A DNA stretch of 64,000 bases from an uncultured Acidobacteriota bacterium (GCA_963777605.1 CAVZRV010000035.1:192001-256000), one strand, 5' to 3'. Positions 9,842 to 19,977 are shown, counted from the stretch's first letter. Numbers and translations: made by a program. Notes: generated by a model not told the origin, from the sequence alone.

Positions 9842-10816
9842 ATGCAGGGACTGTGGCTGCAGGAGCAGAAGCTTACCTACCGGGACGATTTGCCCGTACC
9901 GACACCTCCCCCCGGTGAGGCCCTCGTTCGAGTGGAACTCGCCGGGATTTGCCGGACCGATATCGAGCTGATCCGGGGCTACTATCCCTACAGTGGCATC
10001 CCCGGCCACGAATTCGTGGGAACGGTGACGCAAGCTCCCGGTGCCCCGCACCTGAAAGGGCAACGAGTGGTCGGCGAGATCAACGCCGTTTGCGGAAGGT
10101 GCCCCGAGTGTCGAAGGGGAGAATCGCACCACTGTCGCCGCCGCACCGTTCTGGGGATCGTCAACCGTGGAGGCGCGTTTGCCGAGTTCCTCGCTCTACC
10201 CGCCGACAACCTTCACGTCGTTCCCGACGGCGTGACAAACCGCCAGGCCGTTTTCACGGAACCTCTGGCTGCCGCCTTGAGAATCCGGGAGCAGGTATTG
10301 ATTGGCCCCGGGGAACTCGTTCTCCTGATCGGGGCCGGAAAACTGGGACAACTGGTGGCCCGGTCACTCGCGGCAACGACTTCCAGACTCCACGTCGTCG
10401 GCCGCTACCCGAGACAGCGTGAGCTGCTGGCTTCTCTGAACGCTACGATCTGGGACGCGATTCCCGCCGACACGGAGCGCTTCGGCCTGGTCGTAGAGGC
10501 GACCGGCTCCCCCGAAGGCCTGCAACTTGCGCTCGACAAGGTCCGCCCGGGTGGGACCATCGTCGTGAAGAGCACCTACGCGGGCCAGGCAGGTCTCGAT
10601 TTCTCAAAGCTCGTTGTTGATGAAATCTGTCTCGTCGGTTCTCGGTGCGGTCCGTTTGAACCGGCACTCGCAATGATGGAACAAGGGCACTTCGAATCCG
10701 AACCGCTGATCGAGGAGGAGTTCCCAATGAGCTCGGCTCTGGAAGCCTTCGATTGCGCCCAGGCGACCTCGGCAATGAAGGTGCTCCTCCGGGGACCGGG
10801 CAGCCCACCCCAATAG
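9842..10816 (+). CDS. Zinc-dependent alcohol dehydrogenase (MDR family)
   Basis: GICRTD, PGHEFVG, CGRCPEC...HC structural Zn site, GAGKLG Rossmann motif. Confidence 0.9.
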   Translation: MQGLWLQEQKLTYRDDLPVPTPPPGEALVRVELAGICRTDIELIRGYYPYSGIPGHEFVGTVTQAPGAPHLKGQRVVGEINAVCGRCPECRRGESHHCRRRTVLGIVNRGGAFAEFLALPADNLHVVPDGVTNRQAVFTEPLAAALRIREQVLIGPGELVLLIGAGKLGQLVARSLAATTSRLHVVGRYPRQRELLASLNATIWDAIPADTERFGLVVEATGSPEGLQLALDKVRPGGTIVVKSTYAGQAGLDFSKLVVDEICLVGSRCGPFEPALAMMEQGHFESEPLIEEEFPMSSALEAFDCAQATSAMKVLLRGPGSPPQ

Positions 10817-10844
10817 ATCGCGAACCTTTGGTATCGTTGCCCTG

Positions 10845-11519
10845 ATGGCGGAACCTGTCCCCAAACACATTTACGGAATTCTCTTCGATTTCGATGGAAC
10901 GCTCATTGATGCTTCCGAAGTGATCTGTCACTCATACAACCGCGCGCTCCAATCGGCCGGCCTACCTTCCCGTTCGGAAGACGACCTCAAGTCGAGGATC
11001 GGAATTCCTCTCCGGGACGTGTTCGCCGAGATCGCCCCGTCATTTCCAAACGCCGAACTGGTGGCCGCCTACCGGGAGGAGTTCTGGAAGCACTCCAGAA
11101 CCGGCACCCGGCTGCTGCCGGGAGTCGGGCAGTTGATTCCCCAACTGGCCGCCCGCTACCAGCTGGCCGTCGTGACGTCACGAAGCTCCCGGGGCGCTTG
11201 GGACATCCTCGAGTACTTCTCCCTCGACTCCCTTTTCAAAACGGTCGTGGGAGTGGACGAGGTGACCAGGCCAAAGCCGGATCCCGAACCGGTGATCTCC
11301 GCGCTCTCCCTGATTGGTGTCGATCCTAAGAATGCTCTCTTCGTCGGGGACACCGTCCAGGACATGCAGGCCGCGGCGGCGGCCGGAGTTGCCGCCGTGG
11401 GCGTCGGAACCGGGAGCCATCGGCCCGAGGATCTGCTGGCGGCCGGGGCCGTCACCGTCTTGGGCGATTTTGCTCAACTCGCAGACCTCTTGCCGGCGGA
11501 AGACGATCGGATTGCCTGA
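10845..11519 (+). CDS. HAD-family phosphatase (Gph/PpaX-like)
   Basis: FDFDGTL, VVTS, KPDPEP, VGDTVQD. Confidence 0.88.
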   Translation: MAEPVPKHIYGILFDFDGTLIDASEVICHSYNRALQSAGLPSRSEDDLKSRIGIPLRDVFAEIAPSFPNAELVAAYREEFWKHSRTGTRLLPGVGQLIPQLAARYQLAVVTSRSSRGAWDILEYFSLDSLFKTVVGVDEVTRPKPDPEPVISALSLIGVDPKNALFVGDTVQDMQAAAAAGVAAVGVGTGSHRPEDLLAAGAVTVLGDFAQLADLLPAEDDRIA

Positions 11520-11549
11520 GCACGGTTCAACGAGTCGGACTCCAAAAAC

Positions 11550-11927
11550 TCACTTGTACAGGTGGACTTCAAAATCCAGGCTGTCCAGAACGTCGTAGAC
11601 GCGTTCCAGTACCGGTGGGTAGTAGGGGTCTTTCCGTGATGGTTTTCTGCGCTTTACCGCCTTCCGGACCAGATCTGAGTTGGTGGAGAGGCGACGGTTC
11701 TCCAAATTGAGTTCGATCCAATGGTCGGCCTTGCGTGGAGGCGCTTCGGAACTGACCTGGATTGCCAGGCCCAATTGCTTCAGGATCGCAATTCTTGGAT
11801 CCTCAGCCCGATAAATGTCATCTAGGAACTGGAGCAAGTCGGCCACCATCCATCCCCGGTCGGGCAAGATCAGGGAATAAAATTGATTCTGATACTGGAT
11901 GCTGATCGATCCGGTAACGGCCTCCAT
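11550..11927 (-). CDS. Hypothetical protein (125 aa)
   Basis: Fills the intergenic gap, has an upstream AGGA/GGGG RBS-like signal and natural composition; no family recognised. Confidence 0.65.
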   Translation of the reverse strand: MEAVTGSISIQYQNQFYSLILPDRGWMVADLLQFLDDIYRAEDPRIAILKQLGLAIQVSSEAPPRKADHWIELNLENRRLSTNSDLVRKAVKRRKPSRKDPYYPPVLERVYDVLDSLDFEVHLYK

Positions 11928-12008
11928 GCCCCTATCCTAACCGATTCAAAGAAAGGGCAAAGAACAGATTATGCTAGGATTAGCGCCAGTCCACATGCGG
12001 AAGGGATC

Positions 12009-12926
12009 ATGAGAAGTTCGATCATCGACATCGCTTCGGTTCGCGAAGAGGCGGAGGCTCGCGCGACCTGGCTCCAGCTGATCAATTCGTTTGTCGAACT
12101 GACCAAACCCCGGGTCACCTCCATGGTCCTGCTGACGACAGCGGCGGGATTCTACCTTGCCTCCCACACGCCCTACAACCTGGTGTTGCTGTTCAACGTC
12201 CTGGTCGGCACCGGCCTCCTGGCAACCGGAACAGCTGTTCTCAACCAGTACATGGAGCGGGAAGCCGACCGGCGCATGCACCGGACCTCGGCCCGTCCCC
12301 TTCCTTCCGGCCGGATCACGCCAAGGCAGGCACTCAATTTCGGCATGCTGCTGGTATCTGCCGGAACGGTCTACCTGCTGGGAACCACCAACACCCTGAC
12401 TGCACTGTTGGGATGGCTGACATCGGTCATCTACCTGCTCGTCTATACTCCGCTGAAGACCCGGAGCACCTGGTGCACCCTGATTGGCGCAATCCCCGGG
12501 GCGCTCCCACCCGTAATGGGCTGGACTGCCCAGCGCGGCTCGCTCGGGATCGAGGCGGTGATTCTCTTTGGGATTCTTTTCTGCTGGCAGTTCCCCCATT
12601 TTCTGGCCATTTCCTGGCTCTACCGTGACGACTACGAGAGGGGCGGCTTCCACATGCTCCCGCAAGGAAAAGAAGCCGGGCCATGGGCGGGACGACGAAT
12701 CCTGGGATTTGCGATTTTGCTCCTGCCGGTTTCGATGGCTCCCTACTGGACCGGGTTGACCGGACTCCTCTACCTTGCCGGCGCCGTCATCATGGGACTC
12801 TTCTTTCTCTGGTCCAGTTACGAGACGGCTCGACTCGCCACCAAGCCGGCCGCACGGCTTCTGCTCAGAAACTCGGTCATTTATCTTCCTATTCTGCTTC
12901 TCTTCCTTGCGATCGGTAAAGTGTGA
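12009..12926 (+). CDS. ctaB: Protoheme IX farnesyltransferase (heme o synthase)
   Basis: LTKPRV, NQYMEREADRRMHRTSARPLPSG, YTPLK, GAIPGALPPVMGW, WQFPHFLA; start trimmed to ATG 12009. Confidence 0.93.
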   Translation: MRSSIIDIASVREEAEARATWLQLINSFVELTKPRVTSMVLLTTAAGFYLASHTPYNLVLLFNVLVGTGLLATGTAVLNQYMEREADRRMHRTSARPLPSGRITPRQALNFGMLLVSAGTVYLLGTTNTLTALLGWLTSVIYLLVYTPLKTRSTWCTLIGAIPGALPPVMGWTAQRGSLGIEAVILFGILFCWQFPHFLAISWLYRDDYERGGFHMLPQGKEAGPWAGRRILGFAILLLPVSMAPYWTGLTGLLYLAGAVIMGLFFLWSSYETARLATKPAARLLLRNSVIYLPILLLFLAIGKV

Positions 12927-13846
12927 TGGATCTCGCCATAAGCCTGCGCGATGTGGTGTTCTCCTATGGGGAACGCAAAGCTTTGAACGGTGTCTCTTTT
13001 TCGGTGGAAGCCGGCAAGATCGCCGGACTGCTGGGTCCGAATGGGGGCGGCAAAACGACCACGTTCCGGATCCTCAGCACTCTTCTGCGGCCAGAGGCGG
13101 GGACGGCCACGGTCTTCCAGCGAGACGTTGTTGGTGACCCCTATGGAGTCCGACGCCTGATCGGGGTGGTCTTTCAGAATCGCAGCCTCGACCTCGAACT
13201 CACTGTCCGGGAAAACCTGGTCCACCAGGGCCACCTCTACGGGTTGCACGGGCGGACGCTGGCTCAAAGGATCGTACAACTCGCCGAACGGTTTGGGATT
13301 GTGGACCGGCTTTCGGAGCGGGCGAAGAGCCTCTCCGGAGGCCTGCAACGCAGAGTCGATCTCGCCAAGGCGCTTCTCAGTCAGCCCCGACTACTGCTTC
13401 TGGACGAACCCACCAACGGGCTCGATCCCAAAGTCAGCCGTGATTTCTGGAACCTGCTTCAGGACCTCAACCGGACCGAGGGCATGTCGATCCTCCTCAC
13501 CACCCACTCCATGGAAGAGGCGGAGCGTTGCAATGAACTGATCATCCTGGCGGATGGGGCCGTCGTGACCGAAGGAACTCCGTCAGCGCTCAAACAGAAA
13601 GTTGGGCCTGAGATCGTGACGCTGCGTTCCCCGGTAGCCGAAGAGTTGTGCGAGCGGATCCGGAACGAGTTATCCCTTGAGCCGACGCTCGTCGAAGGAG
13701 TCATTCGAATCGAACACGACAACGGCCACGAACTCATGTCCACGTTGGCTCAACGGTTCGAGGACTCGATCGAGTCTGTCACCGTCAGCCGGGCTACCCT
13801 GGAAGACGTCTTCATCCGGGAAACCGGCCGAACGCTGGCCGGATAG
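12926..13846 (+). CDS. ABC transporter ATP-binding protein (DrrA/ABC-2 type)
   Basis: GPNGGGKTT, LSGG, LLLDEPT, TTH, C-terminal TLEDVF. Confidence 0.92.
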   Translation: MDLAISLRDVVFSYGERKALNGVSFSVEAGKIAGLLGPNGGGKTTTFRILSTLLRPEAGTATVFQRDVVGDPYGVRRLIGVVFQNRSLDLELTVRENLVHQGHLYGLHGRTLAQRIVQLAERFGIVDRLSERAKSLSGGLQRRVDLAKALLSQPRLLLLDEPTNGLDPKVSRDFWNLLQDLNRTEGMSILLTTHSMEEAERCNELIILADGAVVTEGTPSALKQKVGPEIVTLRSPVAEELCERIRNELSLEPTLVEGVIRIEHDNGHELMSTLAQRFEDSIESVTVSRATLEDVFIRETGRTLAG

Positions 13847-13952
13847 GCGGGTTTCTGGTTCCTGCTTGGTGGTTCCTGGAGAGTGTCCGCGAATGCACCC
13901 CGCCTGCGGGACTCCACCCAATCAAAAATCACAAATCTAAAATCTGAGATGC

Positions 13953-14513
13953 CTACAGGTCTGTTCTTGGGGCGGTGATGTGCTCGGGGACGAAACCCTT
14001 GATGAGGCGATTGTACCGGCCGCGCAGGTAGAGTAGGGGGCCACGGTCGGCAGCGTGAGGACCCCGGTGGACCCCCGTGACCTCTGCGAGCAAAATGGCA
14101 TGGTCGCCCGCGGGATGGATCGTCTGGAGGCGACAGTAGATCCAACCGAGGCAGTTGGGCAGAAAGGGGATCCCTTGTTCAGTGCGATCGTAAAGACCGC
14201 AGCCCCAGGACCGGTCAGTACTGTGCGTTGCAAAGAAATTGGAGATGGTCTCCTGGTCTTCGGTCAGGATGTTGACGACAAACGGACGGCCCAGGTCGAA
14301 CTGCTCCAGCCCGCCGAGTTGTCGGTCGAGGCAGACGAGGATCAGCGGAGGATCGAGGGAAACCGAGGTAAACGAGCTGACGGTGACGCCATAGGCGTTC
14401 TCCGCGGCGCCAACGGTCGTCACAACAGTGACGCCGGTAGCAAACAGTCCCATCGTATCCTTGAATGATCTCGGGTCCAAAGTCACGCTGACCTCATTTG
14501 ATGCCGGATGCAC
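13953..14513 (-). CDS. Flavin reductase family protein
   Basis: FATGVTVVT, TVSSFTSVSLDPPL, AGDH, PLLYLRG. Confidence 0.9.
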   Translation of the reverse strand: MHPASNEVSVTLDPRSFKDTMGLFATGVTVVTTVGAAENAYGVTVSSFTSVSLDPPLILVCLDRQLGGLEQFDLGRPFVVNILTEDQETISNFFATHSTDRSWGCGLYDRTEQGIPFLPNCLGWIYCRLQTIHPAGDHAILLAEVTGVHRGPHAADRGPLLYLRGRYNRLIKGFVPEHITAPRTDL

Positions 14514-14594
14514 GCAAATTATGGTATCAAAAGGGGACTGCGGCCACAGTACCGGGGCGAGGACGGGTTCACAGAGAGAAGGAAAATCCGGAAT

Positions 14595-15362
14595 ATGCAG
14601 ATCAGAGGAGAAGTGGCAATCGTAACCGGCGCGGCTTCCGGGCTCGGGGCTGCGACGGCCGAGTTACTGGTTTCGGAAGGGGCACGGGTGTCCCTCTGGG
14701 ACCTCCGCGAGCGAGAGGGCACCGCGCTGGCTGAAAAGCTTGGAGAAGCTGCCCGGTTCCTCAAGACCGACGTCACCTCAGCCGAATCGGTCAGCCGCTC
14801 GCTGCACCAGACCGTGGCCGAAGTGGGCAGCCCGAAGATCAACGTGAACTGCGCCGGAATCCTGATCGGAGAAAAGATCCTCGGAAAGAACGGCGTTCAC
14901 GATCTCGATCGCTTCCGGAAAGTTGTCGAGGTCAACCTGGTTGGCACTTTCAATGTCCTTCGGCTGGTAGCCGAAACGATGTCCGGAAACGTCCCTGCCT
15001 CCGAGGGCGAGCGGGGTGTGATCATCAATACTTCGTCCATCGCCGCGTTCGAAGGCCAGTTGGGGCAGTCGGCCTATTCGGCCTCCAAAGCCGGCATCGC
15101 CGGCCTGACCCTTCCCGCGGCCCGGGAACTCGCCCGGAACGGTATCCGCGTCTGCGCCATTTCGCCCGGCGTGTTCGACACCGCCATGGTTGCCGGTATG
15201 ACCGAGACTGTCCGCGAATCCCTCGAAGCACAGATCCCCTTTCCTTCCCGTTTGGGTCGGCCCCGGGAATTTGCCTCCCTGGTAAGGGCCATCGTTGAGA
15301 ACCCGATGATCAACGGAACCGTCATCAGGCTGGATGGTGCGATGCGGATGTCCGCCCGCTAA
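14595..15362 (+). CDS. SDR family 3-hydroxyacyl-CoA dehydrogenase (HSD10-like)
   Basis: TGAASGLG, VNCAG, NTSSIAAFEGQLGQSAYSASK, IRLDGAMRM. Confidence 0.92.
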   Translation: MQIRGEVAIVTGAASGLGAATAELLVSEGARVSLWDLREREGTALAEKLGEAARFLKTDVTSAESVSRSLHQTVAEVGSPKINVNCAGILIGEKILGKNGVHDLDRFRKVVEVNLVGTFNVLRLVAETMSGNVPASEGERGVIINTSSIAAFEGQLGQSAYSASKAGIAGLTLPAARELARNGIRVCAISPGVFDTAMVAGMTETVRESLEAQIPFPSRLGRPREFASLVRAIVENPMINGTVIRLDGAMRMSAR

Positions 15363-15376
15363 CACAGGAAGAACCC

Positions 15377-16066
15377 ATGTACGAAATCTACCGGCGCAGC
15401 CAGCGCAAGCGCATCCAGAGCGAAAGTTACACGAGCCACTCCTATCTCGTGATGCCTTCCGACGGCGAGTTTCAGCCATTCGGCTCACTGGTCCACTGCC
15501 TCGAGACGGTTCAGCGACCCGGCACCCGCATCCAGCGGGGGCCCTTTCGGGAAACCTTGATTGTCACGATTCCTCTGTACGGTTCAGTCAGAGTGGCAAC
15601 CGACTCCCAGGAGTCGATCCAGGTTGCGCGTGGTGAGCTTTCCCGGACAGTACCCGAGTATGGCGAGCACGTTACCTATGAAGCCGTTGGCGACGAGGAC
15701 GTTCGCTTCCTGGAACTGGGTTATCGAGTGTTGGGAGAACCGGAGCCTGGCAGCAACTCTTGCGCGACCTTCGACACCAGGGGCCCCCGGCCGTTGCTCG
15801 TGCCGGTAGCATCGGGTCAGGAGTCCACTGACCTGATGACACTTCCCTTCGACTGCGATATCTACATGGCTTTCCTGAGAGCGGGCGAAAACCTCATCTT
15901 CGAGACCGCCCTGGAGCGAGCGCTTATCTTGCTCGTCCTCGAAGGCACCATCCGGGTCGAGGAGCACCGGTTGCTTGATCGGGATTCGGCGCACATTCTG
16001 AGAGTCAATCATCTCGCGATTGCGGCCCCGGAGCGTTCCCAGCTCTTACTCGTAGACATGCCCTGA
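15377..16066 (+). CDS. Divergent pirin-like bicupin protein
   Basis: Length and layout resemble YhhW/pirin (S-HSY, FGSLVHCLETVQRPG, FLELGY, C-terminal LVLEG...L-DRDSA...LLLVDMP), but the metal-binding His residues are missing. Confidence 0.55.
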   Translation: MYEIYRRSQRKRIQSESYTSHSYLVMPSDGEFQPFGSLVHCLETVQRPGTRIQRGPFRETLIVTIPLYGSVRVATDSQESIQVARGELSRTVPEYGEHVTYEAVGDEDVRFLELGYRVLGEPEPGSNSCATFDTRGPRPLLVPVASGQESTDLMTLPFDCDIYMAFLRAGENLIFETALERALILLVLEGTIRVEEHRLLDRDSAHILRVNHLAIAAPERSQLLLVDMP

Positions 16067-16088
16067 GTCTGCTACAGTTGCATTTCTC

Positions 16089-17507
16089 ATGAGCGTACGT
16101 GTTCGATTTGCTCCCAGCCCGACCGGATTCCTTCACGTCGGCGGTGCCCGCACCGCCCTCTTCAACTGGCTCTTCGCTCGTCAAACAGACGGAACTTTTA
16201 TCCTCCGGATTGAAGACACCGACGAGAAGCGCTCCAGCGAGGAAATGGTCGACGGCATCATGAACGGGATGAGCTGGCTCGGCCTCGACTGGGATGAAGG
16301 GCCCTTTTTCCAGTCCCGCCGGCTCGAACTGTACCAGGCCACAGCCAGGCGGTTGCTGGCCGATGGCCATGCCTACCGTGATTTCAGTGCTGCTGACGCG
16401 CAGCCGGATGGCTATCGCGCGTTTCGCGATCTGCCGATGGCGGAGTCCGACCGCCGCGCTGATTCCAGCGAGGCATTTGCGGTCCGGTTCAAGACGCCCG
16501 CGGGAAAGACGATCTCGTTTCTCGACCTCGTTTTTGGACCGATTGAAGTTTCTTCGGACAACCTCGAGGACTTCGTGATACTCCGCTCCGACGGCTTCCC
16601 AACCTACCACCTCAGCGTCGTCGCGGACGATTCCGACATGAAGATCAGCCATGTGATTCGCGGGGCCGATCACCTCACCAACACGAGCAAACACGTTCTA
16701 CTCTTTGAGGCCCTGGGTTTCTCGGTTCCGACCTATGTCCATCTTCCCTTAATTCTCGGACCTGACAAGAAACGCCTCAGCAAGCGGCACGGTGCCACCT
16801 CAGTGACCGAGTACAGCCAGAAGGGGATGCTGCCCGAGGCGGTCCGGAATTACCTTGCGCTCCTCGGCTGGTCTCCTGGAGATGATTCCGAGATCCTCAG
16901 CCAGGATGAACTCATCCACCGTTTCGATCTTTCGCGAATCAACCGGGCCAATGCCGTCTTCGACGTCAGCAAGCTGGAGTGGATGAACAAGCGCTACCTC
17001 TCCGCCGCTGAACCCGAAGTCCTCGAGCCCTACGTCCGCCGGGAACTGGAAAGCCACGACCTTTGGGGCGACCGTTGGGCCGGTGAAGATCGGGACCGGT
17101 TTCTGTCCATCCTCAACCTGCTCAGGACCCGGGTGGAGAGCCTGCACGATTTTCCCGTTTACGGACGAGCCTTCTTCACGGATGATTTTCTCTATGAAGA
17201 GGATGCCGCGAGGCGATACCTGGAGTTCTCCGACACGGCTGAACGCGACCTGCTCCTGGATTCAATTCGACAGTTGCGGGCGGAATATTCCGAACTACCC
17301 GTTTTTGACATAGGCTCGACCGAAGAGGTCCTCCGCAGAATTGCCGGCGAGCGGGGGCTCAAGGTCGGACAATTTATCGGCGCCGTGCGAGTTGCAACGA
17401 CGGGACGCGGTCAGGCTCCCGGGATCTTCGATGTCCTGATCACGCTTGGGCGTGCGGAGACCCTCGCGAGGCTGGATCGCCTGATCCTGTATCTGGCAGA
17501 TGGCTAA
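16089..17507 (+). CDS. gltX: Glutamate--tRNA ligase
   Basis: RFAPSPTGFLHVGG (HIGH), LRIEDTD, PTYHL, RLSKRHG (KMSKS). Confidence 0.96.
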   Translation: MSVRVRFAPSPTGFLHVGGARTALFNWLFARQTDGTFILRIEDTDEKRSSEEMVDGIMNGMSWLGLDWDEGPFFQSRRLELYQATARRLLADGHAYRDFSAADAQPDGYRAFRDLPMAESDRRADSSEAFAVRFKTPAGKTISFLDLVFGPIEVSSDNLEDFVILRSDGFPTYHLSVVADDSDMKISHVIRGADHLTNTSKHVLLFEALGFSVPTYVHLPLILGPDKKRLSKRHGATSVTEYSQKGMLPEAVRNYLALLGWSPGDDSEILSQDELIHRFDLSRINRANAVFDVSKLEWMNKRYLSAAEPEVLEPYVRRELESHDLWGDRWAGEDRDRFLSILNLLRTRVESLHDFPVYGRAFFTDDFLYEEDAARRYLEFSDTAERDLLLDSIRQLRAEYSELPVFDIGSTEEVLRRIAGERGLKVGQFIGAVRVATTGRGQAPGIFDVLITLGRAETLARLDRLILYLADG

Positions 17508-18258
17508 ACTGGACATCTCAGTCGTTGTTCCAGCGTTCAATGAAGAGAATCGTCTCGAAGGGACGCTTCGCGCAATCCTGGACTACCTGAACCGACGGAA
17601 CGGGGAATTCGAAATCCTGGTGGTCGACGACGGATCAACCGACCGGACTTCTCAGGTGGCAGAGTCAGTCGCGGGCTGGCCCGACGCCGGCAGCCGCATC
17701 CGGCTGCTTCGGGAACCCGTCAACCGGGGCAAGGGATATGGCGTTCGGGCAGGGATGCTGGCAGCCCATGGGCGGCTGGCCCTGATGACCGATGCCGATC
17801 TCAGCACTCCCATTGGCGAACTCGGAAAATTACAGAGCGTTCTGGAGGAGTTCCAAGCCGACCTGGTTTTCGGCTCAAGGGACATCACCGGGTCCCGCAT
17901 CGAAATCCGCCAGCCGAAAAGCCGGGAGATTCTCGGCAAGTCATTCAATCGCTTCATCCGCTTGCTGACCCGGATTCCGTACCGGGATACCCAGTGCGGT
18001 TTTAAGCTGTTTCGCATGTCGGCTTGCAGAGAGATCTTCGAACGGCAGCGTCTCGATGGTTTCGCCTTCGACGTGGAACTTCTTTTTATCGCCCGAAAAT
18101 GGGATTTGAAACTTCATGAGGTACCGGTCACCTGGAGCCATTGCGACGGAAGCAAGGTGAGCTTTGTCCACCACGCCCCTTCGATCCTGATTGACCTTGC
18201 CCGGCTCCAGCTGAATAATGCCTCAGGGGCTTACAATCGCACGCCGGCAACCCGCTGA
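17500..18258 (+). CDS. Glycosyltransferase family 2 (dolichyl-phosphate beta-glucosyltransferase-like)
   Basis: SVVVPAFNEE, VDDGSTD, NRGKG, DADLS, DTQCGFKLF, FAFDVE. Confidence 0.9.
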   Translation: MAKLDISVVVPAFNEENRLEGTLRAILDYLNRRNGEFEILVVDDGSTDRTSQVAESVAGWPDAGSRIRLLREPVNRGKGYGVRAGMLAAHGRLALMTDADLSTPIGELGKLQSVLEEFQADLVFGSRDITGSRIEIRQPKSREILGKSFNRFIRLLTRIPYRDTQCGFKLFRMSACREIFERQRLDGFAFDVELLFIARKWDLKLHEVPVTWSHCDGSKVSFVHHAPSILIDLARLQLNNASGAYNRTPATR

Positions 18259-18273
18259 GGGAAGGAGGCTGAC

Positions 18274-19026
18274 ATGACCAGGCTTGGGGTCAATATCGAT
18301 CATGTTGCGACAATTCGGCAGGCTCGGAAGGCTCTCGAGCCCGATCCGATTGCGGCCGCGGTCCTCGCGGAACAGGCCGGGGCCCACGGAATCACCGTTC
18401 ACCTCAGGGGAGATCGCCGTCACATCACTGACCGTGATGTCCAACTCCTGCAGGCCGTGATCAAAACCCGGCTCAACGTCGAGATGGCGGTGACGGAGGA
18501 AATGATTGCGGTTGTTGCCACGGAGTTGAGGCCGGACACAGTAACACTTGTCCCGGAGAGCCCCGAAGAGGTGACCACCGAGGGAGGACTCGATGTCGTC
18601 AATCACCACCAGGAGATCGCCCGGGCCGTGCGCAGGCTGCGGGAAGCGGGAATCGAGGTGTCGCTTTTCATCGACCCTGAAACGGAGCAGATCGAAGCAT
18701 CCGAAAGCGTCGGCGTGACCATGGTGGAGTTCAACACGGCGGCATATTCTGAGGCGGTACCCCGCGGAATCAAGAACTGGGACCCGGCCTTCGAAGACGA
18801 GTTGGAGAAGATGATCGTGGCGTCTGAGGAGGCGTCCGCTCGTGCGCTTCGGGTGCTGGCCGGACACGGTTTGACCTATCGAAACGTGGGAGCGATCGCC
18901 GCCATTCCGGCAGTCGAAGAACTCAATATCGGGCACAACATCATTGCCCGAGCCGTCATGGTGGGGATGGAACGAGCAGTCAAGGACATGCTCCGGGCGA
19001 TGCTCGACGATATTGTCGAGGAGTGA
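18274..19026 (+). CDS. pdxJ: Pyridoxine 5'-phosphate synthase
   Basis: LGVNIDHVATIRQAR, ITVHLRGDRRHI, TTEGGLD, AGHGL, ELNIGH. Confidence 0.96.
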   Translation: MTRLGVNIDHVATIRQARKALEPDPIAAAVLAEQAGAHGITVHLRGDRRHITDRDVQLLQAVIKTRLNVEMAVTEEMIAVVATELRPDTVTLVPESPEEVTTEGGLDVVNHHQEIARAVRRLREAGIEVSLFIDPETEQIEASESVGVTMVEFNTAAYSEAVPRGIKNWDPAFEDELEKMIVASEEASARALRVLAGHGLTYRNVGAIAAIPAVEELNIGHNIIARAVMVGMERAVKDMLRAMLDDIVEE

Positions 19027-19035
19027 CCCTCCCCC

Positions 19036-19854
19036 ATGTCCGGCACGCTTTACGTTGTTTCCACGCCTATCGGAAATCTAAGTGACCTCAGCCCCCGTGC
19101 GATCGAGATTCTCGGTTCAGTCGAGTTGATCGCCTGCGAGGACACCCGTCACACGCGTAAGCTTCTAAATCACTTTGGCATTCAGACCCCGACGACGAGC
19201 TATCACGAACACAACGAATCCGCACGCGCCCCCGGCCTTGTCGATGGGATTGCGGAAGGTAAGGTAGTCGCCCTGGTTTCGGACGCGGGCACGCCACTTC
19301 TCTCCGATCCCGGCTACCGGCTGGTCAGACTTTGCCGGGAACGGGGGATTGCGGTGATCCCGATTCCGGGACCGTTCGCCGCATCCATTGCGGTTTCGGT
19401 GTCGGGCCTGGCAACCGACCGGGTCCTCTTCGGGGGCTTCCTGGCATCGGCTGCATCCGCAATCAGAAAGCAGCTGGAGGACATTGCATCCCTGCGGGCC
19501 ACCCTGGTTTTTTACGTCTCTCCCCATCGTCTTATCAAAACATTGACGGTAATGCGCGAGGTCTTGGGCTCCCGTCACGCGTTCCTGATTCGCGAGATGA
19601 CGAAGCTCCACGAAGAGGCGTTCAGTGGAAACCTGGACGAGCTCATCGAAAAGCTGACGCACCACGAACCCCGCGGCGAGTACACCATCGTCGTCGAAGG
19701 GTCGACCGAAGACGAACCGCCGCCCCGGATCGACACCGCCGCATACGTGGCTGGCCTGATCTCCGAGCGAGGCCTCTCTCGCAGAGACGCCATCCGGAAG
19801 GCCAGCAGGGAACTGGGATTGTCGAAGCAGGAAATCTATATAATTTGCGAATGA
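19036..19854 (+). CDS. rsmI: 16S rRNA (cytidine1402-2'-O)-methyltransferase
   Basis: LYVVSTPIGNL, ACEDTR, VSDAGTPLLSDPG, REMTKLHEE. Confidence 0.95.
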   Translation: MSGTLYVVSTPIGNLSDLSPRAIEILGSVELIACEDTRHTRKLLNHFGIQTPTTSYHEHNESARAPGLVDGIAEGKVVALVSDAGTPLLSDPGYRLVRLCRERGIAVIPIPGPFAASIAVSVSGLATDRVLFGGFLASAASAIRKQLEDIASLRATLVFYVSPHRLIKTLTVMREVLGSRHAFLIREMTKLHEEAFSGNLDELIEKLTHHEPRGEYTIVVEGSTEDEPPPRIDTAAYVAGLISERGLSRRDAIRKASRELGLSKQEIYIICE

Positions 19855-19977
19855 AGATTTTCGTTTGACGGTTTTTCCGAATTGTGGGCGGGCCCGTCGC
19901 CTAACCGCCAATCGAACTGCCTCCGAAAAATCGGAAATCGCCATCCGCAATCAAAAATCTTTTTCCTGAATCTTTTG

